A DNA stretch of 64,000 nt, from NCBI GenBank assembly GCA_965116515.1, contig OZ220705.1, positions 1,697,329 to 1,761,328 of the forward strand. The letters run 5' to 3'. The notes beneath the pieces are model-generated. The model saw only the letters and a list, made by a program, of their open reading frames with translations. It was not told the origin of the DNA and did no database searches. Both the position numbers and the translations under genes were made by a program. The stretch comes from Alphaproteobacteria bacterium. GTDB taxonomy: Bacteria > Pseudomonadota > Alphaproteobacteria > SP197. Of the stretch, positions 40,134-49,926 are shown in pieces. Each line of letters starts with the position of its first letter. Position 1 is the first letter of the stretch.

Positions 40134-40824
40134 GGCGGACGTGTTCATTCTCGCGCAGCACATCGGTCGGTCCGTCCAGCGCGATGCGGCCGGTTTCAAG
40201 CACGTAGCCGTAACTTGCCAGGTGAAGCGCCAGGCTGGCGTTCTGCTCGACGAGAATGACGGGAACGCCCTTCCGGTTGATATCGCCGATGATCGCGGCA
40301 ATCTCCTGCACCATCAGGGGCGACAGCCCGATCGAGGGCTCGTCCATCAGCAGCAGCCGTGGCGCCGCCATCAGGGCGCGCCCCATGGCCAGCATCTGCT
40401 GTTCACCGCCCGACAATGTCTTGGCGTACTGGCCACGCCGCTCGCGCAACCGTGGAAAATGGCCATAAACCATGTCGAGATCGGACCGGACCGACGGGCC
40501 GTCATGGCGGAGATAGGCGCCTGTCATCAGGTTTTCCAGGACCGTCAGTTCCGGAAAGACGCGGCGGCCCTCGGGGACATGGGCGATGCCGCGGGCGACA
40601 ATGCGGTCGGGCTCGAGTCCGTCGATTCTCTCGCCTTCGAACATGATCGTCCCCGCGGTGGGACGATTGAGCCCGGACAGGGTTCGCAGGGTCGTCGACT
40701 TTCCAGCTCCGTTGGCGCCGATCAGGGTGATGATGTCCGCCGCCTGCAACCGGATGTCGATTCCCTTGATGGCCTGGACCTTGCCATAGTGAACCTCAAG
40801 TCCCGTCACCTCCAGGAGAGTCAC
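40114..40824 (-). CDS. LIV-type ABC ATPase (LivF-like)
   Basis: GANGAGKST, VPEGRRVF, LSGGEQQMLAMGRAL, DEPSIGL and VEQNA motifs. Confidence 0.92.
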   Translation of the reverse strand: MTLLEVTGLEVHYGKVQAIKGIDIRLQAADIITLIGANGAGKSTTLRTLSGLNRPTAGTIMFEGERIDGLEPDRIVARGIAHVPEGRRVFPELTVLENLMTGAYLRHDGPSVRSDLDMVYGHFPRLRERRGQYAKTLSGGEQQMLAMGRALMAAPRLLLMDEPSIGLSPLMVQEIAAIIGDINRKGVPVILVEQNASLALHLASYGYVLETGRIALDGPTDVLRENEHVRRAYLGG

Positions 40825-41600
40825 GCCACGCCCTCGATCGGGGTCCCGAGGTAGGCATCGACAACCTCGGGATTGGCGCGGATCGCCTCGGGGTCTCCCT
40901 CGGCAAGCAGGGTGCCGAAATTGAGCACGGTGATCGTCTCGCACAGACCCATGACGGCCTGCATGTCATGCTCGACGAGGAGAATGGTGACCCCCCGGTC
41001 CCGCACCTGGCGCACGAGATTCATCATGCGACGTGTCTCGTCCGGATTCATGCCCGTGAACGGCTCGTCGAGCAGGAGCAGTCGCGGTTCTGCGGCCAGC
41101 GCGACGGCGACCCCCAGTGTGCGCTGAAGTCCATGGGGGAGATTTGCGCACGACTCACCGGCGACTCCGTCGAGCCCCATGAATGCGAGGATCTCCTCCA
41201 CCCGGGCCAGGGCCTCCTCCTGGCGCTCCCGCTGCCGGCCGAGGAGGACGCTCACGAGCCCGATCCTTGCGCCGAGATGGCAACCGGCGAGAACATTCTC
41301 GGCGACAGTGAGTTCGTGGAACAGGGTTGTCGCCTGGAACGTGCGAACGAGGCCCAGTGCGGCGATGGCATGGGTCGCCATGCCCGAGATGTCTCGTCCG
41401 GCGTAGATCACGCGTCCCCTCGTTGGCCTGTAGAATCCGGAGATTACGTTGAAGGTCGTGGTCTTGCCGGCGCCGTTTGGCCCGATGAGTCCGTGGATCG
41501 CACCTTCCTTCACGGTGAAGGTGAGGTTGTCCACCGCCGTCAGGCCGCCGAATCGCCGTGTCAGGCCCTCGATGTTCAGCACGGCTGTCTGCTGTCCCAC
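40821..41600 (-). CDS. LIV-type ABC ATPase (LivG-like)
   Basis: FGGLTAV, GPNGAGKTT, RTFQ, VEHDM and VVDAYLG motifs. Confidence 0.92.
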   Translation of the reverse strand: MGQQTAVLNIEGLTRRFGGLTAVDNLTFTVKEGAIHGLIGPNGAGKTTTFNVISGFYRPTRGRVIYAGRDISGMATHAIAALGLVRTFQATTLFHELTVAENVLAGCHLGARIGLVSVLLGRQRERQEEALARVEEILAFMGLDGVAGESCANLPHGLQRTLGVAVALAAEPRLLLLDEPFTGMNPDETRRMMNLVRQVRDRGVTILLVEHDMQAVMGLCETITVLNFGTLLAEGDPEAIRANPEVVDAYLGTPIEGVA

Positions 41601-41791
41601 GGATCCACCTTGCCGGGCATGTCAACCAGCAGATCCATCATTGTCCAGAAGCGACTGTTCCGTACGCCAACCACGTCATCAAGGGGCCTCCTTACGACAA
41701 TGCATGTGATTCCGGCGCGAGCCATCGGACCCTGCGATGCGACTATAGCCGAAAACCGGCGTCCGAGCCCGAATCGGATGTGCCCGGCTGA

Positions 41792-42526
41792 TCATGCATC
41801 GACGACGCCACGGCCCAGAAGCGCCGGCAGGTCGTCGATGGCGTCGATGACGATGTCGAAGAACGGCTCCTGATCCTGCGTCATTGTGCCTGCGGCGCGC
41901 ACGCCGATGGCCGCTCCGAATCCTGCGGCCCTGGTCATCAGGGCATCGACGATCGAATCGCCGACCATGAGGACACGCTCGGGCGGGATCCCGGTCTGTT
42001 CACAAAACGCCAGTCCCATGCCCGGATCGGGCTTTGCCCCATGCCCGGCATCGGCGCCGCAGTGGAAGGCAAGGTCGTCGGCAAGGTCGAGGTAATCGAC
42101 CGTCCGCTGCATCTTGCGTGTGCTGTCGTTCGTGGCCGCGCCCAGAATGTAGCCCTGCCTGCGAAGGGACCCCAGAAGTGCCTTCACATCGGTGACGGGC
42201 ACAGGATCGCGCGTCGAGGCTTCGGCAAACACCTTCAGCAGCGTGGATTCGAGATCGCCCGGCAGATTGTTGTCCAGGACTGTTCTCCAGGCGTCGATGA
42301 TGTCGAGCACCGTGCCTGTGAGGAGCGTGGCATCCGGATCGAATGTTCCCGTGGCGCGATGATAACCGGTCTTGCGCAACATGGCGTCGGCAAGGAGGGG
42401 TTGTCCGGCACGCGTCGCCAGTTGGCGCGCGGCGTCTTCCCAGGCCGGAAGCCACATCGGATCCATTTCGATCAGCGTTCCGTCCTTGTCGAACAGGATG
42501 CCTCTGATGGCGCCGAGATCGATCAT
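41792..42526 (-). CDS. HAD-superfamily hydrolase (phosphatase)
   Basis: FDKDGTL (DxD), ATND, KPDP and MVGDS..D motifs. Confidence 0.88.
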   Translation of the reverse strand: MIDLGAIRGILFDKDGTLIEMDPMWLPAWEDAARQLATRAGQPLLADAMLRKTGYHRATGTFDPDATLLTGTVLDIIDAWRTVLDNNLPGDLESTLLKVFAEASTRDPVPVTDVKALLGSLRRQGYILGAATNDSTRKMQRTVDYLDLADDLAFHCGADAGHGAKPDPGMGLAFCEQTGIPPERVLMVGDSIVDALMTRAAGFGAAIGVRAAGTMTQDQEPFFDIVIDAIDDLPALLGRGVVDA

Positions 42527-42844
42527 GCGGTGACGCTCGTCGTCAGCATGTGCATTCTGGAGTGTTCCGACATTCGGCCCGCAGTCTGGCTTCAACCCTT
42601 ACGAGTGTCACGGGAACGTGCAGCGCCCTGATTGCGTCTCAAAGGGAAAATGCCGGGAACGCCCGCCTTCACATGAATGTCACCATGGCCACCGTTGACC
42701 CATTGCCTTCGGGTCGTCAGTTCGCCGCATCCGGATGCCGACCGGTTCGCCCGGGATGAGGGAGCGTGCGATAGTCCTCAACAAGGCGACATGACCGCAG
42801 GCAGAGCCTCGGACATGGGCCTCCGGCGACTGGTGGCGTGCGGC

Positions 42845-44488
42845 ATGAAGGCTTGTGACTACATCATCATTGGCGCGGGCTCCGCGGGCTGCGTGCTCGC
42901 CAACAGGCTCAGTGCCGACGGGCGTCACTCCGTTCTCCTTCTTGAGGCAGGCCCGATGGATCGCCACCTGATGATCCACATTCCGGCCGGATTCTACAGC
43001 GCCTACAAGGATCCCCGAATCAACTGGAACTACCTGACGGAGCCCGAATCCGGGCTTCGCGGCCGTCAGGTGGAGATGCCGCGGGGCAAGGTGGTCGGCG
43101 GTTCGTCGTCGATCAACGGCATGGTCTACATGCGGGGACATCCACTGGATTACGACCTGTGGGCAGACGAACTCGGCCTTGAGGCTTGGCGTTACGCAGA
43201 CTGCCTTCCCTACTTCAGGGCAGGAGAGACCAGTGATCGCGGGGCCAGCGACTGGAGGGGCGGCGACGGACCGCTGGGCGTGACGAAGGGCACGTCCGAC
43301 AATCCGCTCTATCACGCCTTCCTCGAGGCTGGCGCGATGGCCGGTCAAGGCACGACCGACGATCCCAACGGCTACGAGCCGGAAGGAGTCTCCCGACTTG
43401 ACCGCACCACCCGGAGCGGGCGCCGGTGCAGCGCCGCCATGGCCCACCTGCACCCGTCGCTTTCGCGCGCCAACCTCACTCTTATCACACGCGCAACGGT
43501 CGAGCGGATTGCCGTCAGCGGAAATCGTGCTTGCGCGGTCACGTTCTCTCACGGTGGAGAAAGCCGCACGGTCGAGGCCGAAAGGGAGGTGATCCTGTCC
43601 GGCGGGGCCTTCAACTCGCCCCAGATCCTCATGCTGTCGGGCATCGGACCGGCCGACCATCTGCGCGAGCATGGCATCGAGGTCCGGTGCGATCTTCCGG
43701 GGGTCGGCCAGAACCTGCAGGACCATGTCTCGGTCGCGATCACGTGGGCATGCACCCGCTCGTTTCCGGTGCACCGGGTCGACCGTCCGCTCAACAGGCT
43801 GCTTGCGGGCGCCGGATGGTTCCTGACGCGCGGGGGGCTCGCCGCGTCCAACCACTTCGAGGCCGGTGGCCTCATTCGAGGCAATCCGGACGTCGCCTAT
43901 CCCAACCTGCAGTACCACTTCGGGCCGATCGGCTACGAGCACGAAGGAACGAAGCTCAGGCTGAAGCAGGCGTTCATGCTCCAGGTCGATCAGCTCAGGC
44001 CGAGAAGTCGGGGGCACATGGCTTTGAAGTCCGCCGATCCCGGCGCAAGCCCGGCGATGTTCTTGCGCTATCTCAGCAATTCCCATGATCTGCGGGAACT
44101 CGTCGAGGCCGTTAGGAAGATGCGGGATCTCGTCGCTCAGCCGGCGTTCGGCGAACTGCGTGGTGCCGAACTCACGCCCGGACCCGACGTGCAGACAGAC
44201 GCGGAGGTCGCAGAGGCGGTGCGTGCCCTGGCCACAACGGATTTCCATCCCTGCGGAACCTGCCGCATGGGCCATGGCGCCGATGCCGTGGTCGATTCGG
44301 AACTCAGGGTTCACGGCATGGAAGCCCTGCGCGTGGTCGACGCCTCGGTCATGCCGCGCGTGGTCAGCGGCAATCTCAATGCGCCGACCCAGATGGTCGC
44401 CTCGCGGGCCGCCGACTGGATTCTCGGCACGCCGCAGCTTGAGCCCTTCGAGGCTCGTTTCGCATTCAGGAAGGCGGATCCGGAATGA
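42845..44488 (+). CDS. GMC oxidoreductase, choline dehydrogenase-like
   Basis: GAGSAGCVLANRLS, GGSSSINGMVYMRG, GQNLQDH, FHPCGTCRMG and SGNLNAPT motifs. Confidence 0.88.
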   Translation: MKACDYIIIGAGSAGCVLANRLSADGRHSVLLLEAGPMDRHLMIHIPAGFYSAYKDPRINWNYLTEPESGLRGRQVEMPRGKVVGGSSSINGMVYMRGHPLDYDLWADELGLEAWRYADCLPYFRAGETSDRGASDWRGGDGPLGVTKGTSDNPLYHAFLEAGAMAGQGTTDDPNGYEPEGVSRLDRTTRSGRRCSAAMAHLHPSLSRANLTLITRATVERIAVSGNRACAVTFSHGGESRTVEAEREVILSGGAFNSPQILMLSGIGPADHLREHGIEVRCDLPGVGQNLQDHVSVAITWACTRSFPVHRVDRPLNRLLAGAGWFLTRGGLAASNHFEAGGLIRGNPDVAYPNLQYHFGPIGYEHEGTKLRLKQAFMLQVDQLRPRSRGHMALKSADPGASPAMFLRYLSNSHDLRELVEAVRKMRDLVAQPAFGELRGAELTPGPDVQTDAEVAEAVRALATTDFHPCGTCRMGHGADAVVDSELRVHGMEALRVVDASVMPRVVSGNLNAPTQMVASRAADWILGTPQLEPFEARFAFRKADPE

Positions 44489-44570
44489 CCGCGGTCCCTT
44501 GCCGATTGCATCGTCGCCAATGTGCCCGACCGGATCACGGCATCCGGTAGCCTGAACCAGGGAGGAACCC

Positions 44571-46151
44571 ATGGACATATCTGACGCCAAACGCTCGGCA
44601 CTCGACTGGGTCGATGGCCATCGTCAATCGCTCTCCGACTGGCACACGACAATCTGGGACCTTCATGAGCCGGCCTGGCGGGAGTACCGGTCGGCGGCCT
44701 GGTACGTCGATCGCCTGCGCCGCGAGGGATTCGAGGTCGAGGAAGGATCCGGGGGCATGCCGACTGCCTTCTGCGCCACCTGGTCCAACGGTGACGGACC
44801 GACGATCGGCTCCTATGCGGAGTACGACGCTGTTCCCGGCAACAACCAGGATCGCGTTCCCTGGCGCAAGCTGCGTGACGGCACCCATCATGCCGCCGCC
44901 GGACACACCGATCCCCACTCCGCCCTCGGTGTGTCGGCTCTGGGTGGCGTTCTGGCGGCCAAGGCGGCGATGGAACGGCACGGCGCCGGAGGGCGGCTGA
45001 AGTTCATGGGCGAACCGGCGGAGAAGGTGTGCGGATCCAAGCCTGTCCATGCGGCGAAGGGTTACTACGACGACATGGACGCGGCGGTCTCGTTTCATCC
45101 TTCTTACGGGACCCTGCGCACCAACACCTGCATTCTCGACACCCACTGCGGCAGCTACTGGAGCCGCATCTACAGCTTCATCTGCGATTCCCCGGAGACG
45201 TGGCGGAGCGTCGGCGCCCCCGGTCCATCGACCTCCCACACCATCGCCCGGGCGCCCGGGGCCAATGATGCGCTGTGCCTGATGTACACGACCACCAAGT
45301 ACACGAAGGAGTCGATGCTGCCGCACACGGGCACGTGGACACTGAACGAAGCACTGCTGGCGACCGGCAATGCGACGAGTGACAACCTGGCGCCGCGGTT
45401 CAGCCAGATCCAGTACTCCTGGAGGTCGCCGACGCTGGAGATGCAGCAGCGAATCGCCGATGTGCTCGACCGGAATGCCGAACATGTCGCCGCCATGACC
45501 CACTGCCGCCTGGAAGCTCACTGGGTGACGCGTACGCGGGTAGGGTTGCCCAACCACGCGATGGCCCGTCTCGCCTATGCGAATCTCGAGCTGGTCGGCG
45601 GACCGCAATGGGATGACGAGGCCAGGTCCTTCTGCCGGGAACTGCAGAAGAATCTGGGGATCGAACCCATGGAGGAGCCGATCCTCGCCGAGATGACGGA
45701 TCTCTGCCGTCCGGAGGAGGGTGAGGCGCAACTGCGCGCCATCCTGCCGCCGTGGCAGCTCAACTACACCTCCGACGACTACGTCGACTGGACATGGCAT
45801 ACGCCCACGGTTCGGCTGATCGTCGGCCGCTGCACCCTGAAGGCTCCCGAGGGCTATACCTATCCGGACTGGTCATGGAATGCTCTGGGCGGCCATGCGC
45901 CGACCATCGATCCGACCATCATGTGCGCTGCGAAGGTGATCGGTGCGACCATCGTCGACCTCATCACCGATCCGCAGCGCCTCGATGAGGCGCGCGCGGA
46001 ATTCGAGGAGAGGACCGGAGGCGGTATCGGTGGATCGTCCTGGGTGGCGCCGTTGTTGCCGCGCGATTTCCAGCCGCCGGTCGGCTTCGCCTGGCCGGAG
46101 TACGTCACGACAGCGCGAGGGGAAAGCTGGTATGTGCCGCAGAGCGCCTGA
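44571..46151 (+). CDS. M20 family amidohydrolase (AbgB-like)
   Basis: EPAWREYRS, GMPTAF, AEYDAVPG, GEPAEK and SDD motifs. Confidence 0.8.
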   Translation: MDISDAKRSALDWVDGHRQSLSDWHTTIWDLHEPAWREYRSAAWYVDRLRREGFEVEEGSGGMPTAFCATWSNGDGPTIGSYAEYDAVPGNNQDRVPWRKLRDGTHHAAAGHTDPHSALGVSALGGVLAAKAAMERHGAGGRLKFMGEPAEKVCGSKPVHAAKGYYDDMDAAVSFHPSYGTLRTNTCILDTHCGSYWSRIYSFICDSPETWRSVGAPGPSTSHTIARAPGANDALCLMYTTTKYTKESMLPHTGTWTLNEALLATGNATSDNLAPRFSQIQYSWRSPTLEMQQRIADVLDRNAEHVAAMTHCRLEAHWVTRTRVGLPNHAMARLAYANLELVGGPQWDDEARSFCRELQKNLGIEPMEEPILAEMTDLCRPEEGEAQLRAILPPWQLNYTSDDYVDWTWHTPTVRLIVGRCTLKAPEGYTYPDWSWNALGGHAPTIDPTIMCAAKVIGATIVDLITDPQRLDEARAEFEERTGGGIGGSSWVAPLLPRDFQPPVGFAWPEYVTTARGESWYVPQSA

Positions 46152-46153
46152 CG

Positions 46154-47038
46154 TCAGCCGTTGCGCCGCCACGCGCCGAGGGCGCGGGTGAAGCGGTCGA
46201 GGTAGTCCGCCGTGTAGGCCACATAGTCGACGTCCAGGAGCGAGTGGGTCTCCTGGACCATGCTCCACATCGCTTCGCGCAAGAGGGATGCGCAGGCCAG
46301 TGCCCCGAGGCGACGCCTCACCTCATCGGTGATGTTCTGGTCCAGAGCCAGTTCAGCTACCGTCCCCAGGCCGTCGGTGTCGAGGTGGTTGTTGGAGGCA
46401 AGGTTGGCGATGTCGAAGAGTGCCGTGTTGTAGCCGGCGTATTCCCAGTCGACGAGCCACAGCCTCTCGCCGTCATCGAGGAAGTTCGCGGCCAGCAGGT
46501 CGTTGTGGCAGAGCACCGGGCGGATCGGGCCGACGGCCGCCTCCAGTTCCTGCGCTGCTTCGAGGAGCTGCGGAACCTCCGCCAGCAGGCGATGGCGGTC
46601 GTCGTGGAGACGGTGCCCGTAGTCGCGGATCACGTGGAAAACCCAAAAAAACGGGGCCCGGCCGCGCAAGTGACGCGCGCCGTTGCGGTGCAGGCGGGCC
46701 AGCAGGTCCGCTATGCGTTCGAGATTGCGGGGATCGCGCACATCGGCATCGTCGAAGGTGTGGCCGTCGATCCAGCGCACAACCAGGACGCCCTTGGCGG
46801 TAAAGTGGACCTCCGGGGCGATGCCTGCCGCATGCGCTGCGCGGCTGCAGGCGGTCTCGTAGGTCCGGCGGATGCCATGGACAGGAATGTTGCCCCCCAC
46901 CCGCACCAAGAAGCTCCTCGCGCCGTCGTCGACGCGGAAGTTGAGGTTTGTGATGCCCCCATCGATCGGGCGGGGCGTCACCGGCCCGTTCCAGCAGGGC
47001 AGTCCGGCGGCCCTGGCAGCCGCCTCGTCATGCGTCAT
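46154..47038 (-). CDS. Choline/ethanolamine kinase family phosphotransferase
   Basis: GGITNLNF, Brenner motif CHNDLLAAN, and LVDWEYAG. Overlaps the DUF2948 end. Confidence 0.85.
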   Translation of the reverse strand: MTHDEAAARAAGLPCWNGPVTPRPIDGGITNLNFRVDDGARSFLVRVGGNIPVHGIRRTYETACSRAAHAAGIAPEVHFTAKGVLVVRWIDGHTFDDADVRDPRNLERIADLLARLHRNGARHLRGRAPFFWVFHVIRDYGHRLHDDRHRLLAEVPQLLEAAQELEAAVGPIRPVLCHNDLLAANFLDDGERLWLVDWEYAGYNTALFDIANLASNNHLDTDGLGTVAELALDQNITDEVRRRLGALACASLLREAMWSMVQETHSLLDVDYVAYTADYLDRFTRALGAWRRNG

Positions 47039-47477
47039 GATGATCGCCTCCCGCCATCGCGGTGTACCGGGGCGTGTCCCTGGCTGCGGCCGGTTGGCCG
47101 ATATCGGCGAGGCGGCCTTCGATGGCGTCGGTCTCGAGACGGATGAGGCCACCCTTGCGGAAGACGAGGGACACGGAAACGCCGGTCTCCCGGCGGCCGT
47201 CGCTGACAATGGTCATCAGCTCCGCATCGCCGTCGCCTCCCAGGCCTTCGAGATCCCAGGTCTCGACCCTGGCGACGCGGTCGAGAACGAGCGCGCAGTC
47301 GACCTGCATGCCCTCTCCACCGGGGAGTTCATAGCAGAACCGTCGGAAAAGGGCGGCAAACCGCTGGTCCTCCTCCACCCAGGTTACCTCTGCAAGGGGC
47401 ATGCGTGCGCTCTGCAACACGGTGGCGAAGACCTCCAGGTCGTCATCGTCGACAGCCTTGAGACGCAGCGTCTTCAT
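47028..47477 (-). CDS. DUF2948 family protein
   Basis: LRLKAVDDDDLEV...LQ...RF.YE...GG.IRL pattern. Usual position after murA in Alphaproteobacteria. Confidence 0.8.
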   Translation of the reverse strand: MKTLRLKAVDDDDLEVFATVLQSARMPLAEVTWVEEDQRFAALFRRFCYELPGGEGMQVDCALVLDRVARVETWDLEGLGGDGDAELMTIVSDGRRETGVSVSLVFRKGGLIRLETDAIEGRLADIGQPAAARDTPRYTAMAGGDHHDA

Positions 47478-47478
47478 G

Positions 47479-48741
47479 TCAGTCCGGAATCCTCTCGATC
47501 GTTGCACCGCATCCCTGGAGCTTTTCCACGAGCCGTTCGTAGCCGCGATCGAGGTGATAGACGCGGTTGACCATGGTTTCGCCTTCAGCGGCCAGTCCGG
47601 CAAGGATCAGGCAAACCGAGGCGCGAAGATCCGTGGCCATGACCGGAGCGCCCTTCAGCCTGTCGACCCCCCGGACGATGGCCGTTCCGCCGCGAACCTC
47701 GATATCCGCGCCCATGCGCATCAGCTCGGGCACATGCATGAAGCGGTTTTCGAAGATGCTCTCGTGAATCCGCGAGACCCCGCGTGCCGTGGTCATGAGC
47801 GCCATGAACTGCGCCTGAAGATCGGTGGCGAAGCCGGGGAAGGGGCGGGTGGTGACATCGACCCCCTTGAGGATGCCGTCTGCGCGCCGGACATCGATAC
47901 CGTCGGCCCGGCTCTCGATGAACACACCCGCCTGGCGCAGTGCAGCGGCGACATCGCCGAAGTGGTCCTCCGTGGCGCCGGAGAGTTCGAGACGCCCACC
48001 GGTTGCCGCCGCCGCCATGGCATAGGTGCCGGCCTCGATGCGGTCGGGAAGCATGCGGTGGGTGGCGCCGCCCAGGCGGACGACACCGTTGATGCGGATC
48101 TCGCTACTGCCGGCGCCGGTGATATCGGCGCCCATCGCGTTGAGGCAGTCGGCAAGGTCGCGGATTTCAGGTTCCATGGCGGCATTGCCGAGCAGGGTGG
48201 TACCGCGGGCCAGAGCTGCCGTCATCATGACGTGCTCGGTAGCGCCCACCGAGACCTGTGGAAAAATGAACTCGGCGCCTTCAAGGCCACCTGGCGCGTC
48301 GCCCACGAGATAGCCTTCCTTCAGTTCGATGTTGGCGCCAATCGCTTCGAGTCCGGCAATGTGGAGGTCCACCGGCCGCGTACCGATGGCGCAACCGCCG
48401 GGGAGCGAGACCTCGGCGTGACCGCAGCGGGCAAGGAGGGGACCGAAGACCAGGATCGAGGCCCTCATCTTGCGGACCAGGTCATAGGGAGCCCTCATCG
48501 AGGTCAGCGATGAGGCGTCCAGTGTCATGCATCCGGCACTGTCTCTCTCCACGCGGACGCCGAGTTCGGCGAGCAGGTGAGCGAGGACGTTGACATCCAC
48601 CAAGTCCGGCTGGTTCGAGAGAACGAGGGGTTCGTCGCTCAACAGTGAGGCGACCATGAGCTTGAGCGCCGTGTTCTTGGCGCCCGCTATGGCGATCGTG
48701 CCCTCGAGTGGTCTGCCGCCCTCAAGGCGTATCCTGTCCAC
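47479..48741 (-). CDS. murA: UDP-N-acetylglucosamine 1-carboxyvinyltransferase
   Basis: [37 protein letters not shown] and HLDRGYE motifs. Confidence 0.97.
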   Translation of the reverse strand: MDRIRLEGGRPLEGTIAIAGAKNTALKLMVASLLSDEPLVLSNQPDLVDVNVLAHLLAELGVRVERDSAGCMTLDASSLTSMRAPYDLVRKMRASILVFGPLLARCGHAEVSLPGGCAIGTRPVDLHIAGLEAIGANIELKEGYLVGDAPGGLEGAEFIFPQVSVGATEHVMMTAALARGTTLLGNAAMEPEIRDLADCLNAMGADITGAGSSEIRINGVVRLGGATHRMLPDRIEAGTYAMAAAATGGRLELSGATEDHFGDVAAALRQAGVFIESRADGIDVRRADGILKGVDVTTRPFPGFATDLQAQFMALMTTARGVSRIHESIFENRFMHVPELMRMGADIEVRGGTAIVRGVDRLKGAPVMATDLRASVCLILAGLAAEGETMVNRVYHLDRGYERLVEKLQGCGATIERIPD

Positions 48742-48772
48742 GTCCCTGCTCCCGGAATCCCTGGCGTCGCTC

Positions 48773-48988
48773 TCATAGACCTTCGGGCCGGCGACAAGTC
48801 AACCGCGGTTCTGTGGTTGAATCGTGGTCGTGCGGCGTATCGCGTTCCCGGGTGGTCTCCTCGCCGGTGTCCGGCGCGGCGGGCCGGCAACGCGCCCGGG
48901 ACTGTTCCTTGCGCCGTTTCAGGTTGGCGCGCAGGGCCTCGGCAAGGCGTCTTGCCCTGGTATCGGAAGTTTCGGCTCCCCTGCCCAC
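48773..48988 (-). CDS. Small basic hypothetical protein upstream of murA
   Basis: [17 protein letters not shown] resembles the small protein usually found between tRNA-Thr and murA in Alphaproteobacteria. Confidence 0.6.
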   Translation of the reverse strand: MGRGAETSDTRARRLAEALRANLKRRKEQSRARCRPAAPDTGEETTRERDTPHDHDSTTEPRLTCRRPEGL

Positions 48989-49056
48989 GATCTCGGCCTC
49001 CGAGCTTGTCTCCGCCAGTCCACTGTGGCAGGTTCCGGTCGCCTGTCAGGCGCCAC

Positions 49057-49131
49057 GCCGCCGTAGCTCAGTGGTAGAGCGCACCCTTGGTAAGGGTGAG
49101 GTCCTCAGTTCAATCCTGAGCGGCGGCACCA
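49057..49131 (+). tRNA. tRNA-Thr(GGT)
   Basis: GCCGCCGTAGCTCAGTGGTAGAGCGCACCCTTGGTAAGGGTGAGGTCCTCAGTTCAATCCTGAGCGGCGGCACCA folds as a cloverleaf with encoded CCA. Confidence 0.97.
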
Positions 49132-49241
49132 CACCTTGAGACGATATCCGACCCGTGCCCCGGCACCAAGGCTGCAACGGCTTGATAGCGGCGGCATGAG
49201 GTGCGTTATGGTGACGGTTTCTCCAGGGACAGGTGGCCGCC

Positions 49242-49925
49242 ATGATGCTGACCCCGACAGAGCTCGAACGCATGACCATCTTCGTCGTCGCCGAGATGGC
49301 AAGGCGGCGCAAGGAGCGCGGCCTCAGGCTCAATCACCCTGAAGCCCACGCCTACATTGCCGATACCCTGCTCGAAGGGGCGCGGGAAGGGCGCAGCGTC
49401 GCCGACCTTGCAGGCTGGGGCGCGACGCTGCTCTCCAGCGACGACGTTATGCCGGGCGTGGCGGCACTGATTCCGATCGTCCAGGTCGAGGGACTCTTCC
49501 CGGATGGCGCCAAGCTGATCACGGTGCACCAGCCCATTCGTCCGCACACCGGTGGCGCGCAACCGGGAGAGGTGATGACCCCGGATTCGGACATCACGCT
49601 CAACGCCGGCCGTCGGCGGGTCGGTCTTGCGGTGCTCAACACAGGCGACCGGCCGGTCCAGGTGGGGAGCCACCACCACTTCTTCGAGGCCAATCCCGCT
49701 CTCGACTTCGATCGCGAGGCGGCATTCGGCATGCGCCTCGACATCGCGGCCGGGACGGCCGTTCGCTTCGAACCCGGCGAGAGCCGCACTGTCACGCTGG
49801 TGGCCTATGGCGGCGACGGCATGGTGGGCGGGTTCAATCGCCTTGTCGAAGGATCCCTGGACGATGCGGATATCCGCGACCGGGCCCTTCGACGGGCCCG
49901 AAGACGCGGCTTCAGGGGGGCGTGA
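49242..49925 (+). CDS. ureAB: Urease gamma/beta fusion subunit
   Basis: Gamma part MLTPTE...GLRLNHPEA...[11 protein letters not shown] is fused to beta part [19 protein letters not shown]...[15 protein letters not shown]. Confidence 0.9.
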   Translation: MMLTPTELERMTIFVVAEMARRRKERGLRLNHPEAHAYIADTLLEGAREGRSVADLAGWGATLLSSDDVMPGVAALIPIVQVEGLFPDGAKLITVHQPIRPHTGGAQPGEVMTPDSDITLNAGRRRVGLAVLNTGDRPVQVGSHHHFFEANPALDFDREAAFGMRLDIAAGTAVRFEPGESRTVTLVAYGGDGMVGGFNRLVEGSLDDADIRDRALRRARRRGFRGA

Positions 49926-49926
49926 C

